Assembly: GCA_048061315.1 (NCBI GenBank)
Contig: JBGMRJ010000005.1
Span: 1-57,153, forward strand
Reading direction: 5' to 3'
DNA: 57,153 nucleotides
Source: Gammaproteobacteria bacterium
Lineage (GTDB): Bacteria > Pseudomonadota > Gammaproteobacteria > UBA6429 > Thiohalophilaceae
Shown here: in pieces, positions 37,266 through 47,292 of the stretch
Position numbering within the stretch: the first letter of the stretch is position 1
Layout: each line of letters starts with the position of its first letter
Notes under the pieces: model-generated
What the model was told of the DNA's origin: nothing
The model's input: the letters and a program-made list of their open reading frames with translations, nothing else
Database searches by the model: none
Translations under genes and position numbers: made by a program

Positions 37266-40164
37266 TTGTGTATTGCTCTATGTGTTCTGGTTTTGCATAA
37301 CGGGCAGGTAGTAATTTACTTAATTGCTTTAAACTACTTTTGACCCATTTATTGTAAATCCCGTCTTGTATTCGTGCTAAATTGCTTGTATGTATTTCTA
37401 TCGATTTTTCTTCTAGTGGAAAAGCTTGTTCTTCTAAAAGAAGTTCATATTCTTCGAGCTGGTCGGCAGTTAGTTTTTTGGGTCGTTCCGACTTCATTAG
37501 GGATACTGCAAAATCCCGATAGATTTCTGCAATGCGATAGGTAGCTGATGTTGTAACAGAAGCTACTTGATAATCTATTGCTACAGTGTAGGCTGCTATC
37601 GCTTTTTGCATTAATTTTTTCTTTTTTCTCAAGCTCTTTTTTAAAGGGATTGTTAACTTTACTTTATTATAGGCGACATGTTTAGGCTCAGCCATGGTTA
37701 GTAAAGCTTCTGCGACAATAATCTTAGTTTCTTCAGTTCTGGAATTCGGGTATTTTTTATCAGTTTTAATTATATCTTTCAACCAATACCATTGTTGTTT
37801 ATGATTTTTTTTCTTTTTGTAAATTGTGACTAGCTCAGATCGTGCTTCCATTGATTCGGGCATTCTACCCGGGAATAATTTGATGTAATTTGTATATGCT
37901 TTAATGGCACGATCAGTTTTATTGGCATTTTTATAGATTAAAGCGACTTGCCATAATAATCGTTGTGATACAGCTTTATCTTTAGTATTGAGTGCAAGTA
38001 CTTCAAGCTGACCTGCAGCCTTTACATGCTGACCTGATTTTGTGTAAACCAGAGCTAGTTTTTCTGTTACTCCCGACTGTAACTTATGCCTTCTAGGCTG
38101 TGTTTTACGAAACCGTTCAAGTATGCTTCCGGCCTTTTTCCATAGGCCGAGTGTTATATACTCGGCTGCTGCATCATATTCAGCGGTTGCTACGATTGAC
38201 GAATTAGGAACGGATTTTCGAACACGTAAAAATTGTACTGCTGCTTTTTCATGGTTACCCGCCAGTCGTAATTGTTCACCTTGTTTATATATACTTGCTG
38301 CAAGTCGTTTAATAATCGCTGGTCTTTGTTTGTCTTTTTTATCGTAATATTTAATACTCTTTCGATAGGCTAGTTCTGCTTTTTTATAATTCCCTAATTC
38401 AAACTTGGCATGAGCGAGAATAGTCCAGGCAGACTTCAAATCTTTTTGCGATTTTTTTCCGGGTTTTTTCAATAGTTGTTCAGCAGTACTTGCGGCACGT
38501 GTGTAATCTTTAAGTGTAAATAGTTTCTCTGATGTTTTAACTAAAACCGTAGACACATTTTTATTATTAGGAAATTTTACTGTAAATTTTAATGCACTTT
38601 CTATGCTCTTTAGCTGCCAAACAGCAACTTGATCTTTTGGTAAGGATGGAATTAGTTTTTGGTAAGCCAATATCGCAGCATATGCAGCGGTACTACTTTT
38701 TCGATGAGGCTTATAATCATAAGCAGTTTTTTCATATTCAATAATTGCTTTGTTATACTGTTTACTGTCAAAAAGAATTTCAGCTAACAAAAAATTCTTT
38801 TGTGATGTTTGTTTATCGTTGGGAAATGATTCAATAAATACCTGATACCAATGTGCGGCTTTATTAAAGTCAGATAATTTACGTTTTTTCTTGGCCACTG
38901 AGTGGTAGTGTCGGGATAGATCCGATATGTGTTTTTTTAGTTGAGGCTTTAAGGTGTTTCGGGTTTCAGGAGAGTGCGAGTTCCAAAAAGCTGAATTAAC
39001 ACCATAATTTTCAACAAACGTTTCTTTTGTTGGTAATATTAAAGAAGCAAAACCACCACTTTTATAAGCGAGGATTGCAAGGTTATGAAATTTAGGTGCT
39101 TGATCGTGTTGTGGATGATGAGTGATAAATTCAAGATATGTATTCGCAGCATCAATAATGCGATCTTTTTCAGTGTAAAGATCACCTAAACTTTTATAAA
39201 TTTGTGGTTCATATTCTCTTGAGCCATTTTCTTTAAAATAACGTGAAACACTTTTTGGGCCATCAAGGTAAGTGAACGTTAAACTAATTGCCCGCATAGT
39301 ATCTTTGATTAATTCCTGTTCACTTCGGGATAAAACAACAGTTTCTTTACCAATTAAATTACCGGATTGTCTAATTAATTTATTGACGTTTGCAGGTCTT
39401 ACACCGGGTATTTCACTATTATTTTTGTGAAGTAATTTTTGATCCAGTAATTTAAAAAATGCAGTTAAAGTTTTGGTATGTTTATTTTGTTTGAATAAGC
39501 TCCAACTGTATTTATAAAGTGAGCGTTGGTAATAGATAGAATCGATATTTGTATCAACTATTATTTTGTAGGCTTGTTCTGCACCTTTATAATCACCTAA
39601 AACAAACATGGTCTCACCACGACGAAAATTAATTTCTTGTCGGCGTGGATCATTTGGAAACTTTTCATTTAAAACATTCAGAATTTTGAGGGCGTTTTCA
39701 AGTTCCCCCAGAATTTCGTAGGCTTTTGAGAGTTGGTAGTAAATTTCATTATTCGAGGGTTTATCAGGGTATTTTTTTAAATACGTTTTATATTGTCGTA
39801 TTGCACTAACCAGATCAACCTTACTTTGAGATTGAAGGCGTTTACTCCTGCTCGTACTTTTCTTTACGCCAGCTTCGAGTTTTAAATCTGCCAGTCTACG
39901 TAAAGAATCCTGATAAATTTTTTCATTGGAGCCGGTTTTTCCTGCTACAACATTTTCATAAGTGTTAATTACTTTTTTTCGATCCATCTTTCTTTTCGAT
40001 GGATCTATTTCGGCAAAACTGACTTCTTTATCTTCCAGGCTGTCTAATGTTGCGGCTTGTTTACTCGCGCCACATGACACTAATGTTAAAGAAAATAGCA
40101 GAAGGATAAACGGGAATACTTTATTCAGTGAGGTACTGAAATAATTCAAGTGACAAAAATTCAT
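37252..40164 (-). CDS. Large (970 aa) TPR-rich lipoprotein (GltD/AgmU-like)
   Basis: Lipobox LVSC. TPR-like helical repeats run along the whole length. It overlaps the downstream TPR gene by 14 nt. Confidence 0.7.
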   Translation of the reverse strand: MNFCHLNYFSTSLNKVFPFILLLFSLTLVSCGASKQAATLDSLEDKEVSFAEIDPSKRKMDRKKVINTYENVVAGKTGSNEKIYQDSLRRLADLKLEAGVKKSTSRSKRLQSQSKVDLVSAIRQYKTYLKKYPDKPSNNEIYYQLSKAYEILGELENALKILNVLNEKFPNDPRRQEINFRRGETMFVLGDYKGAEQAYKIIVDTNIDSIYYQRSLYKYSWSLFKQNKHTKTLTAFFKLLDQKLLHKNNSEIPGVRPANVNKLIRQSGNLIGKETVVLSRSEQELIKDTMRAISLTFTYLDGPKSVSRYFKENGSREYEPQIYKSLGDLYTEKDRIIDAANTYLEFITHHPQHDQAPKFHNLAILAYKSGGFASLILPTKETFVENYGVNSAFWNSHSPETRNTLKPQLKKHISDLSRHYHSVAKKKRKLSDFNKAAHWYQVFIESFPNDKQTSQKNFLLAEILFDSKQYNKAIIEYEKTAYDYKPHRKSSTAAYAAILAYQKLIPSLPKDQVAVWQLKSIESALKFTVKFPNNKNVSTVLVKTSEKLFTLKDYTRAASTAEQLLKKPGKKSQKDLKSAWTILAHAKFELGNYKKAELAYRKSIKYYDKKDKQRPAIIKRLAASIYKQGEQLRLAGNHEKAAVQFLRVRKSVPNSSIVATAEYDAAAEYITLGLWKKAGSILERFRKTQPRRHKLQSGVTEKLALVYTKSGQHVKAAGQLEVLALNTKDKAVSQRLLWQVALIYKNANKTDRAIKAYTNYIKLFPGRMPESMEARSELVTIYKKKKNHKQQWYWLKDIIKTDKKYPNSRTEETKIIVAEALLTMAEPKHVAYNKVKLTIPLKKSLRKKKKLMQKAIAAYTVAIDYQVASVTTSATYRIAEIYRDFAVSLMKSERPKKLTADQLEEYELLLEEQAFPLEEKSIEIHTSNLARIQDGIYNKWVKSSLKQLSKLLPARYAKPEHIEQYTNAVH

Positions 40165-40176
40165 AATGTTACGGAG

Positions 40177-40674
40177 TTATTCCCAAATTTTAATGTTGAG
40201 CACAGGCAGATCTTGTTGCTCAGATTTGGATATCTCAAGCTCAACAAACTTTGTGGTATCAGTTTTTGTTAATTTTGAAGAGCTACTAATTTCATAGCTT
40301 TGTTTGTTACCACCAATTGCAGAGAATTCAGCTTTAATGGTATGTTCTCCTTCACTCAAATTTCCAACATATATTTTTTGCGTTGCATTTTTTAAAAGTG
40401 CCTTACTCTCACGTTGAGAATAAATGTATGTTTTTGTTTTTCTATTATCGAGATAAAGATTTACAAAATTTAATTTAAAACCTGAAGGTGCCGTGACGGT
40501 TAGTAATACTGCCAGTTGAGACTTTTCCGGTTTAAAAAGAATCTCCTGCAGCTCAGATAGTTCCTTATTGACATCAGACCAGGCATTATTATCGATTGTT
40601 ATTAGGCTAACTATAAAAGCAGCAGCCACAAAAATTAAAAACTGTAAAATAGATTTTAATTTGAAAATTCTCAT
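40177..40674 (-). CDS. Secreted protein of unknown function, first gene of the operon
   Basis: The internal ATG at 40674 gives MRIFKLKSILQFLIFVAAAFIVSLI..., a signal peptide. The 40-aa extension in the ORF track lacks coding character. Confidence 0.5.
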   Translation of the reverse strand: MRIFKLKSILQFLIFVAAAFIVSLITIDNNAWSDVNKELSELQEILFKPEKSQLAVLLTVTAPSGFKLNFVNLYLDNRKTKTYIYSQRESKALLKNATQKIYVGNLSEGEHTIKAEFSAIGGNKQSYEISSSSKLTKTDTTKFVELEISKSEQQDLPVLNIKIWE

Positions 40675-41130
40675 ATCTAAATATATTACCTTTATTTTTT
40701 GTTGTTCGACAGGAAATACTATACTAATTTTGTGTCTATTAATTATAACTGCATCAAGAATACTATAACGGCAATTTTGTCTTAATATTTTCAATATTTT
40801 AAATAGGACAATAATTAGGTTTATCCCTGTAAATCACTATGATTTTGACCTGATATGTCTCTATTTTAACCAGCTTGACTGAAAAATTGCAGGAAAATTG
40901 AATATCAAATATCAGATAGTATCGTTAAAAGCCATTAATTCTAATATGTTAAATAATAGACGATAATTCGATTTCGTATTTGATTCTCATCACAAAATCA
41001 ATTTATCAGCAAATAATCAACAACTTAGTAATACCATTTCAATTTTTCTGAATTTATGTTGTTAACATAAGTTATCAGGTAACAAAATACATCGAAGCAT
41101 TATATTATAGTGATTCCAGACCTGCATGAC

Positions 41131-42150
41131 CTATTTACTCTTTTGGGTTTTTAAACCGTCAGAAAAGTGTAATTTACCTTCTGCGTCAATAATGATGGCA
41201 TCAAAATCAGCTATGGTATTAATCAAGTTGAGTGCTTTACGGGTACCCAGTACAAACAGACTTGTTGATAATGCATCACATGTGGTGGAGTCTGGCCCAA
41301 TTACAGACACACTTTGAACTGATGATATTGAATAGCCTGTTTTGGGACTAATTATATGGTGATAACGAACACCATCTTCGATAAAAAACCGTTCATAATC
41401 CCCTGATGTTGAAATCGCAATATTGCTTAGGGGAATAAGTATCGCTGATTTTCCAGGAATTCTGGGATTGCGGATTCCGGTAATCCAGGGGCGGCCTCGA
41501 TGATCGCCAATAATTCGAGTATCGCCACCGGCGCTGACTAATCCGTGTTTTACACCATTATCTTTTAGAATATCAATGCTCTTATCAACCGCATGACCTT
41601 TCGCTATGCCACCTAAATCAATGACGACACCGGCTTGTGAAAATTTGATACTTTGATCAGGCCTAAATAATTGTAAATGCTTATAGTTTATTTTATTCAG
41701 ATTATTGTTAATTTGATTCTTGGCTGGTTTTATTTTTAAGCGATAATCATATAAATTACCAATGCTTGCAAAGGTGATATCAAATGCGCCTTGTGTTAAT
41801 TCTGATATTTCGATTGATTTTTGAATCAAGTTAAACATTTCGTTACTGATAGTGACTTTTTGTGATGCTGCTAGACGATTAACTCTGGATATTTCGCTTT
41901 CTTTTTTGAATGGGCTCATTAATTCATCAATTCGGCGCATTTCTGTAATAACTTTTTTCAGTAATAATTTTCCTTTATTTTTGTTTTCTTCATCGAGCCA
42001 AAATTCAATTCGAATTTCGGTACCCATGATTGATTGTTTATCTTTGAACCACTGGGCAAATGTATTGCCGGAAAAAAAATAGCATATTGATAAAAATATG
42101 AATTGTAATACGACTTTTTGTAAAAAGGTGTGAACAATTTGAAATGGCAT
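41131..42150 (-). CDS. apbE: FAD:protein FMN transferase (flavin transferase)
   Basis: GAFDIT, DLGGIAKG, SAGGD, STSGDYERFF and DALSTSLFVLG motifs of the ApbE family. N-terminal signal present. Confidence 0.85.
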   Translation of the reverse strand: MPFQIVHTFLQKVVLQFIFLSICYFFSGNTFAQWFKDKQSIMGTEIRIEFWLDEENKNKGKLLLKKVITEMRRIDELMSPFKKESEISRVNRLAASQKVTISNEMFNLIQKSIEISELTQGAFDITFASIGNLYDYRLKIKPAKNQINNNLNKINYKHLQLFRPDQSIKFSQAGVVIDLGGIAKGHAVDKSIDILKDNGVKHGLVSAGGDTRIIGDHRGRPWITGIRNPRIPGKSAILIPLSNIAISTSGDYERFFIEDGVRYHHIISPKTGYSISSVQSVSVIGPDSTTCDALSTSLFVLGTRKALNLINTIADFDAIIIDAEGKLHFSDGLKTQKSK

Positions 42151-42333
42151 ATTGGCTACAGTTTTTTAATTGGGGTAGTCATTATAATTGTATTTCAGTT
42201 ACTGAGGCAATTTTATAAAAATTCACTATATTATTAGTTATGTTGCGGTTTATTTAAACTTGAAATTAATACCACATAAACCCTATTTAATTCGTGTTTA
42301 TAAATATAATTTGTTGCCGATAGCTATTAAATA

Positions 42334-43104
42334 ATGACAAATAGTAATACCCCGCCAAATTCATTGGAATCCATTCTTAGTGCCTTACGAGATGATTATC
42401 TGGCCGACCTGCCAACTCGACTTCAGGATATGGAAGCACAGGTTTTAGCATTGGAAAATAAGAACCAATTTGAAGAGCAGTATCAGGCTTTATTCCGTAA
42501 CGTTCACAGTATTAAAGGTAGCGCCGGGACTCATGGTTTATTTATACTCTCGAGAATCTGTCACCGTTTTGAAGATCATTTATCCTCAAATAAACAGTTT
42601 AATGTTTTGGAGAATCATCAGGTTTCACATTTATTCAAATTTGTTGATTTATTAGTATCAGCAAGAGATCGAATTATTAGTGGCGATGATGTTTTTACCG
42701 CAATTGAACATGATCTTGACGAGCTGGATATAAAGGCATTCAAAGGCGTTATTAAAATATTGATTGTCGGTCAGTCAACCTCAACTATAAGTTTAATAAC
42801 AAAGCTGTTAAAAAATTATCCTGTTCAGATTAGTACTTTATCCGATGGCTTACAATCCCTGGATAAATTAGTACATGATAAATTTGATTTAATGTTTGTG
42901 GGGCTTGAGTTACCGATGTTAAATGGTTTGGCGCTTATAGCTGCAATCAGGCTGTCTAAAACTCTAAATTCAACAATGCCGATTATATTATTAACATCAA
43001 AGGCCGAGATTAAGACTGATCCATTACTATCTGTTAACCATGTAATTCAGCGTGACTCTAATATGATATCAAATATAGAAAAAGCATTTAAAACAATTTT
43101 ATAA
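42334..43104 (+). CDS. Hpt domain fused to a receiver-like domain lacking the acceptor Asp
   Basis: The Hpt motif is HSIKGSAGTHG. In the C-terminal CheY-like fold the acceptor position reads DLMFVGLELPMLNG (Gly in place of Asp), and ILIVGQS replaces DD. Confidence 0.6.
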   Translation: MTNSNTPPNSLESILSALRDDYLADLPTRLQDMEAQVLALENKNQFEEQYQALFRNVHSIKGSAGTHGLFILSRICHRFEDHLSSNKQFNVLENHQVSHLFKFVDLLVSARDRIISGDDVFTAIEHDLDELDIKAFKGVIKILIVGQSTSTISLITKLLKNYPVQISTLSDGLQSLDKLVHDKFDLMFVGLELPMLNGLALIAAIRLSKTLNSTMPIILLTSKAEIKTDPLLSVNHVIQRDSNMISNIEKAFKTIL

Positions 43105-43193
43105 AAATGGATTTAATAGTTTGCTAACTATATCGTGAATAGCCAGATTTTCCATAATTTAAATTACGAATATTTATGTTGAAACGATTGAAA

Positions 43194-44735
43194 CTAAGTG
43201 GTGGATTTGGCCTGCCATTTATCTGCTGATTTTGAATCACCGGATTTGAGGTAATACTTTGAGATCATTCTGCATGCCGGGCCCTGGCATTTTGGATTTA
43301 ATTCCATGGCTCGTGTTAAAACTTTCACGCCTGAGACATCATTATTGCCTAGCAATAATCGTCCAATTGAGTAAAGAATTTTAACGTCATTTGGACGGTG
43401 TTTTAGAATTCGATTATATATTTTGAGGCCGGCATTTTTTCCTTCGATCTTACTGGTCAATCTGGCTAACTCAAATACCTCTTGTTCACTCAGGGCACTT
43501 TCTTTAGTTTTTTTCTGTAAGTCGCGTAGTTGGACAACCAGGGGATCATCTTCTTGAAACGAATTTTTAGTTGTTTTGGGATCTTTAATTACATTTAAAG
43601 CCAGTTGCAGGCGTTGTAACCAGATTTGATCCATCGTTGAAATGACTTCACTGGCATATTCACCGAGATAATGTTTTGCAGCATTAAAATTAAATTTACT
43701 CGGTACTATGATTTCTTCGTGTCCGAGGGAATACATTCTTTCGCGTAAGCCCGGTAATGTATGTGAGAAATCAATTGAGGCTGAATATGCAGCTTTTAAC
43801 CAACGTTCTTTTTCTTCATGAGTTAAACCCTTTGCAATGGCATTGGTCATTGAATCAAAAGGTAAATGTCCTGGGGCTGATGGATTTTTACGAGCCATAC
43901 TTTGTATTTTTGGCCAGAATTTTTTATCGAGAAATTCAGGGTTTACGATATTTGCACCTATCATAGCGACAACATCATTGTCATTAATGACATCTAATAC
44001 ATAATGATCAGATTTTAGTTCATCTTTTTGTATCGCAAAAAATGAAATGGCTTCAGTTAAAGGGCAGTAAATAGAAAAGAAATAATACAAAAATTTATGA
44101 AACGGATTTTTCCCGTTTTTATATGCGTGTAAATAATGACGCCAAATTTTGGTTGATCGGTTAATCCAGTTAGTTAGCAGGTCGTACTGTCCTGAATATT
44201 GCCCAATAACACGGGCTAGTGATCCTTTGAAATGATCCGGACTTAAACATAGCAATGTTGGCAAACCGATACATAAAGTAGTGTGCGTAAATAATGGGAG
44301 ACTATATCGAGGTGTCTGGCAAACTGATATCGAATAATCAGGAGTAAATATAACATTATCAAAACTACGGCATGAGTAACGCTCGACGAGTAACAACATT
44401 TCATCAATGAGTTTGTCTGGTTTTTCCCAATCTAGTTCAACTCCGGTGGGTGGTAGAAATTTTGAGGTGAAGATGAAAAAACTGGTTACCGCTACCAGAG
44501 ATAAGAATGCAATATGGATTAGTACAAAAATCCAGTCGACAATTCCCGCTGCGGAGGAAATTTGTCCAAATAAAGTGAAAAAGAAAATGACAGTCATTAG
44601 GGGGAAAAATGCTAAAAAACTATATCCAACAGCTGTTAATAATGCTGCTAGTGTAAGATAGCCTTTAGGAAACCTGGCATACACTGGTTGCAGCACCGGA
44701 ATTAATCGAACAAATTTTATAATATCGTTTAACAT
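43194..44735 (-). CDS. Membrane protein with C-terminal TPR repeats, unknown function
   Basis: Several N-terminal TM helices. The C-terminal region (YNRILKHRPNDVKILYSIGRLLLGNND...AMELNPKC) is TPR-like. No HExxH motif. Confidence 0.45.
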   Translation of the reverse strand: MLNDIIKFVRLIPVLQPVYARFPKGYLTLAALLTAVGYSFLAFFPLMTVIFFFTLFGQISSAAGIVDWIFVLIHIAFLSLVAVTSFFIFTSKFLPPTGVELDWEKPDKLIDEMLLLVERYSCRSFDNVIFTPDYSISVCQTPRYSLPLFTHTTLCIGLPTLLCLSPDHFKGSLARVIGQYSGQYDLLTNWINRSTKIWRHYLHAYKNGKNPFHKFLYYFFSIYCPLTEAISFFAIQKDELKSDHYVLDVINDNDVVAMIGANIVNPEFLDKKFWPKIQSMARKNPSAPGHLPFDSMTNAIAKGLTHEEKERWLKAAYSASIDFSHTLPGLRERMYSLGHEEIIVPSKFNFNAAKHYLGEYASEVISTMDQIWLQRLQLALNVIKDPKTTKNSFQEDDPLVVQLRDLQKKTKESALSEQEVFELARLTSKIEGKNAGLKIYNRILKHRPNDVKILYSIGRLLLGNNDVSGVKVLTRAMELNPKCQGPACRMISKYYLKSGDSKSADKWQAKSTT

Positions 44736-44978
44736 TGTGATTTTTAATTGTTGATTACAGTATTTTTTATAATGTTTTATAGAAATAAATTTTAGTCAAT
44801 TTATACAATAGAGTATTTGATTATTTTGACTATGATACTAATCACAAAATACAGTATTTTTGCTTTTTTTTCATCCAAAATAATCGTTAGTTTAATCCAT
44901 CTAAACTATATTTTCGCTAGAACCGCTATGATTTTTTATACCAGGTTTAAGTATTAGCGTGAATATAAGGAAAATTGA

Positions 44979-45431
44979 ATGTCGAAATTTAGATTTTTAT
45001 ATCGAGTAAAATTACTTTTTTCCATAATATTTATTTTTATTTTAGTGTCTTGTACCAAAGTGACTGGCGAACAACAAATTAATTTTCAAATAGTTACGAT
45101 GCAACAAGCCTTGACTGATAAATCTTTGTCAGATTTTATGCAGTTCTTTACTAGAGATTTTGTTGGAAATGAAAAACTCTCTAAAGCTGAACTGCAACAA
45201 TTAATTTATTTTCATTTTATTCGTAATCGCAATATTGAAACTTATAAATGGCAAGCAGATATTATTGTTAAAGAACAGCGAGCCGACGTAGAACTTTATG
45301 TCGTTGTGTCCGGGAGTAATAGTAATATTCCTGAGCGGGGTAGGGTATTCACAATTAAGTCATCCTGGATAAAAATTAAGGACTCATGGATGATTAATAA
45401 AGCCAGTTGGGAAGATGCGATAACCAATTAA
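44979..45431 (+). CDS. Lipoprotein of unknown function
   Basis: Lipobox LVSC after a hydrophobic signal. RBS aaggaaaattgaATG. Confidence 0.5.
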   Translation: MSKFRFLYRVKLLFSIIFIFILVSCTKVTGEQQINFQIVTMQQALTDKSLSDFMQFFTRDFVGNEKLSKAELQQLIYFHFIRNRNIETYKWQADIIVKEQRADVELYVVVSGSNSNIPERGRVFTIKSSWIKIKDSWMINKASWEDAITN

Positions 45432-45501
45432 TCTAATTTTAAGCTGCGTTTTATCATTGAGTGTGGATTATAGTTGGAGATGACGGAGTAGGTGGTATTT
45501 T

Positions 45502-46047
45502 TCACTTCCGACGATTACTTTTTTCAATGATGTGACTATAAACCGGGAAGGTCTTGGTATTCCGATCTTTAAAATAATAGCGTAATGTTTGTTCTATAGT
45601 TTTAAAGGCTAACTGATCCCAGGGAATGTCCTTTTCACTAAATAATTTTACTTCCAGGCTTTCAATCCCGGGAGCAAAATTCAAGTCTAATAATTCAGCA
45701 CGATACATGACATAGATCTGGCTTATGTGAGGCAGGCTGAAAACGGTATAAAGTGCTTCTATTTTAATATTGGCATTGGCTTCTTCAACACTTTCACGAG
45801 TAGCTGCTTGTTCCAGCGTTTCATTATTTTCCATAAATCCGGCAGGCAGTGTCCACATTCCTACCCGAGGTTCGATGGCACGTTTGCATAATAAGATCTT
45901 ATCTTGCCAAACTGGGAGAGTCCCCGTGACAACTTTAGGATTGACATAATGAATAATGTTACATTGGTGGCACACGTGACGGGGCAGGTTGTCTCCATCC
46001 GGAATTTCCAAAACAACGCTACTGCCACATTGATTGCAATAATTCAT
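45502..46047 (-). CDS. NUDIX hydrolase with N-terminal zinc ribbon
   Basis: Nudix box GFMENNETLEQAATRESVEEANA. The N-terminus has CNQCGS...CHQC. Confidence 0.8.
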   Translation of the reverse strand: MNYCNQCGSSVVLEIPDGDNLPRHVCHQCNIIHYVNPKVVTGTLPVWQDKILLCKRAIEPRVGMWTLPAGFMENNETLEQAATRESVEEANANIKIEALYTVFSLPHISQIYVMYRAELLDLNFAPGIESLEVKLFSEKDIPWDQLAFKTIEQTLRYYFKDRNTKTFPVYSHIIEKSNRRK

Positions 46048-46262
46048 TATGTGACAGGTAAGTTATTTAACCACGCAGACCACTCACTATGAAGGGTCAC
46101 ATCGACGCCGTCTTGAGATGCAAGAGATTGCAAACTTGTTTGCAAGTCGTGGAGTAAACGTGAATCCATTAATTCAAAATTATCCTGAATCTGGCTATGC
46201 AAAACTTGATAGATCAGTTTTAGCTCGGAAACGGGATATTCAGTAATTAATTGTGTGGTCAT
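46047..46262 (-). CDS. Hypothetical small protein (71 aa)
   Basis: ORF between yggX and the NUDIX gene. Its stop overlaps the NUDIX start by 1 nt. Confidence 0.4.
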   Translation of the reverse strand: MTTQLITEYPVSELKLIYQVLHSQIQDNFELMDSRLLHDLQTSLQSLASQDGVDVTLHSEWSAWLNNLPVT

Positions 46263-46276
46263 ATTTTTATTCGCGA

Positions 46277-46561
46277 TTACTTTTTACCGCCAGCAGCTTG
46301 AAAACCGTCTGGTAATGAACCGAGATCACCTTCTTTAAATAAAAATCCCAGCATATGCTGTTCAATTAAATCCAGGCTGCGTGGATCAGCAGTATTAAGT
46401 GAGTTTTCGTTAATAATTGTTGTTAATCGTTCAAGCCATTTATTCCAGCCTTCCTGCGACACACTGTCATAAATGCGTTGCCCCAGTTCACCTGGGTGAG
46501 GTAGTTCTTCTAAACCTTCGGCTTCACGTTGTAGTACCTGACAAAAGACCATTCTAGTCAT
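46277..46561 (-). CDS. yggX: Fe(2+)-trafficking protein
   Basis: MTRMVFCQVLQREAEGLEELPHPGELGQRIY... is collinear with E. coli YggX ([31 protein letters not shown]). The start is set at ATG 46561. Confidence 0.85.
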   Translation of the reverse strand: MTRMVFCQVLQREAEGLEELPHPGELGQRIYDSVSQEGWNKWLERLTTIINENSLNTADPRSLDLIEQHMLGFLFKEGDLGSLPDGFQAAGGKK

Positions 46562-46747
46562 ATTGGTATTCCCATTAATCATGTTTAAAAACCGCTATTA
46601 TGACCTATATTGATGGTCAATGTGTAGTTGAAAAGTGCGTGCTGTGTTAGAATTTATTGCAGTACCTAAAAATAATCAGTAAATACAGACGAAATTTAGT
46701 GTTATATCTGATGAGTATTACTAATAAGAACATGTGGAGCATGAAAA

Positions 46748-47152
46748 ATGAATGATATGACAGCAGCGATGTTTAATACATCAATAACAGATTCTGATAT
46801 GAAGATCACGGACTCTGCAATCGAGCAAATGGCAGAATTAATTCGCAGTGGTGAAGATGATGTTCAGGCAATTCGAGTATTTGTTTCCGGTGGTGGTTGT
46901 GGTGGTATGACCTACGGTATGACCTATGCTGAGTCACCATCGAAATTTGATAAAATTAAAACTGCTGATGGCTTCAAACTGTATGTTGATGCAGTAGCCT
47001 TAGGTTATTTAAAAGGGTGTGAAGTTGATTTTGTAAATGACGGTGTTAATAGCAGTTTTGTTTTTAATAATGTCTTTCAAAGTGTCGGCGGCTCAGGTGG
47101 TTGTAGTGCTTGTGGTGGTGCTAGCGGCGGTGGTGGTGGTTGCGGCGGTTAA
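46748..47152 (+). CDS. IscA/HesB-family iron-sulfur cluster insertion protein with a Gly/Cys-rich C-terminal tail
   Basis: The RVFVSGGGCGGMTYGM core is as in ErpA/IscA. The usual C-terminal CGCG..SF is replaced by GGSGGCSACGGASGGGGGCGG. Confidence 0.75.
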   Translation: MNDMTAAMFNTSITDSDMKITDSAIEQMAELIRSGEDDVQAIRVFVSGGGCGGMTYGMTYAESPSKFDKIKTADGFKLYVDAVALGYLKGCEVDFVNDGVNSSFVFNNVFQSVGGSGGCSACGGASGGGGGCGG

Positions 47153-47292
47153 ATATTATTCATAACGGCAATATCCGTAACAGTCGTTAATTATCTTGAA
47201 ACTACCTTAAAAATTATCTTTAGTGTCTGGCAATTTGTTTTCAAACGAATTGTCAGACATTTAATGTCAACACACTTTAAAACCCAATTATT

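Noticed and set aside
40962-40980. Fur box upstream of the ExbB/ExbD/TonB-like operon (GATAATTCGATTTCGTATT)
   Set aside because: By my count only about 11 of 19 positions match GATAATGATAATCATTATC, and the matches are mostly in the first hexamer. In AT-rich DNA this is not distinguishable from background.
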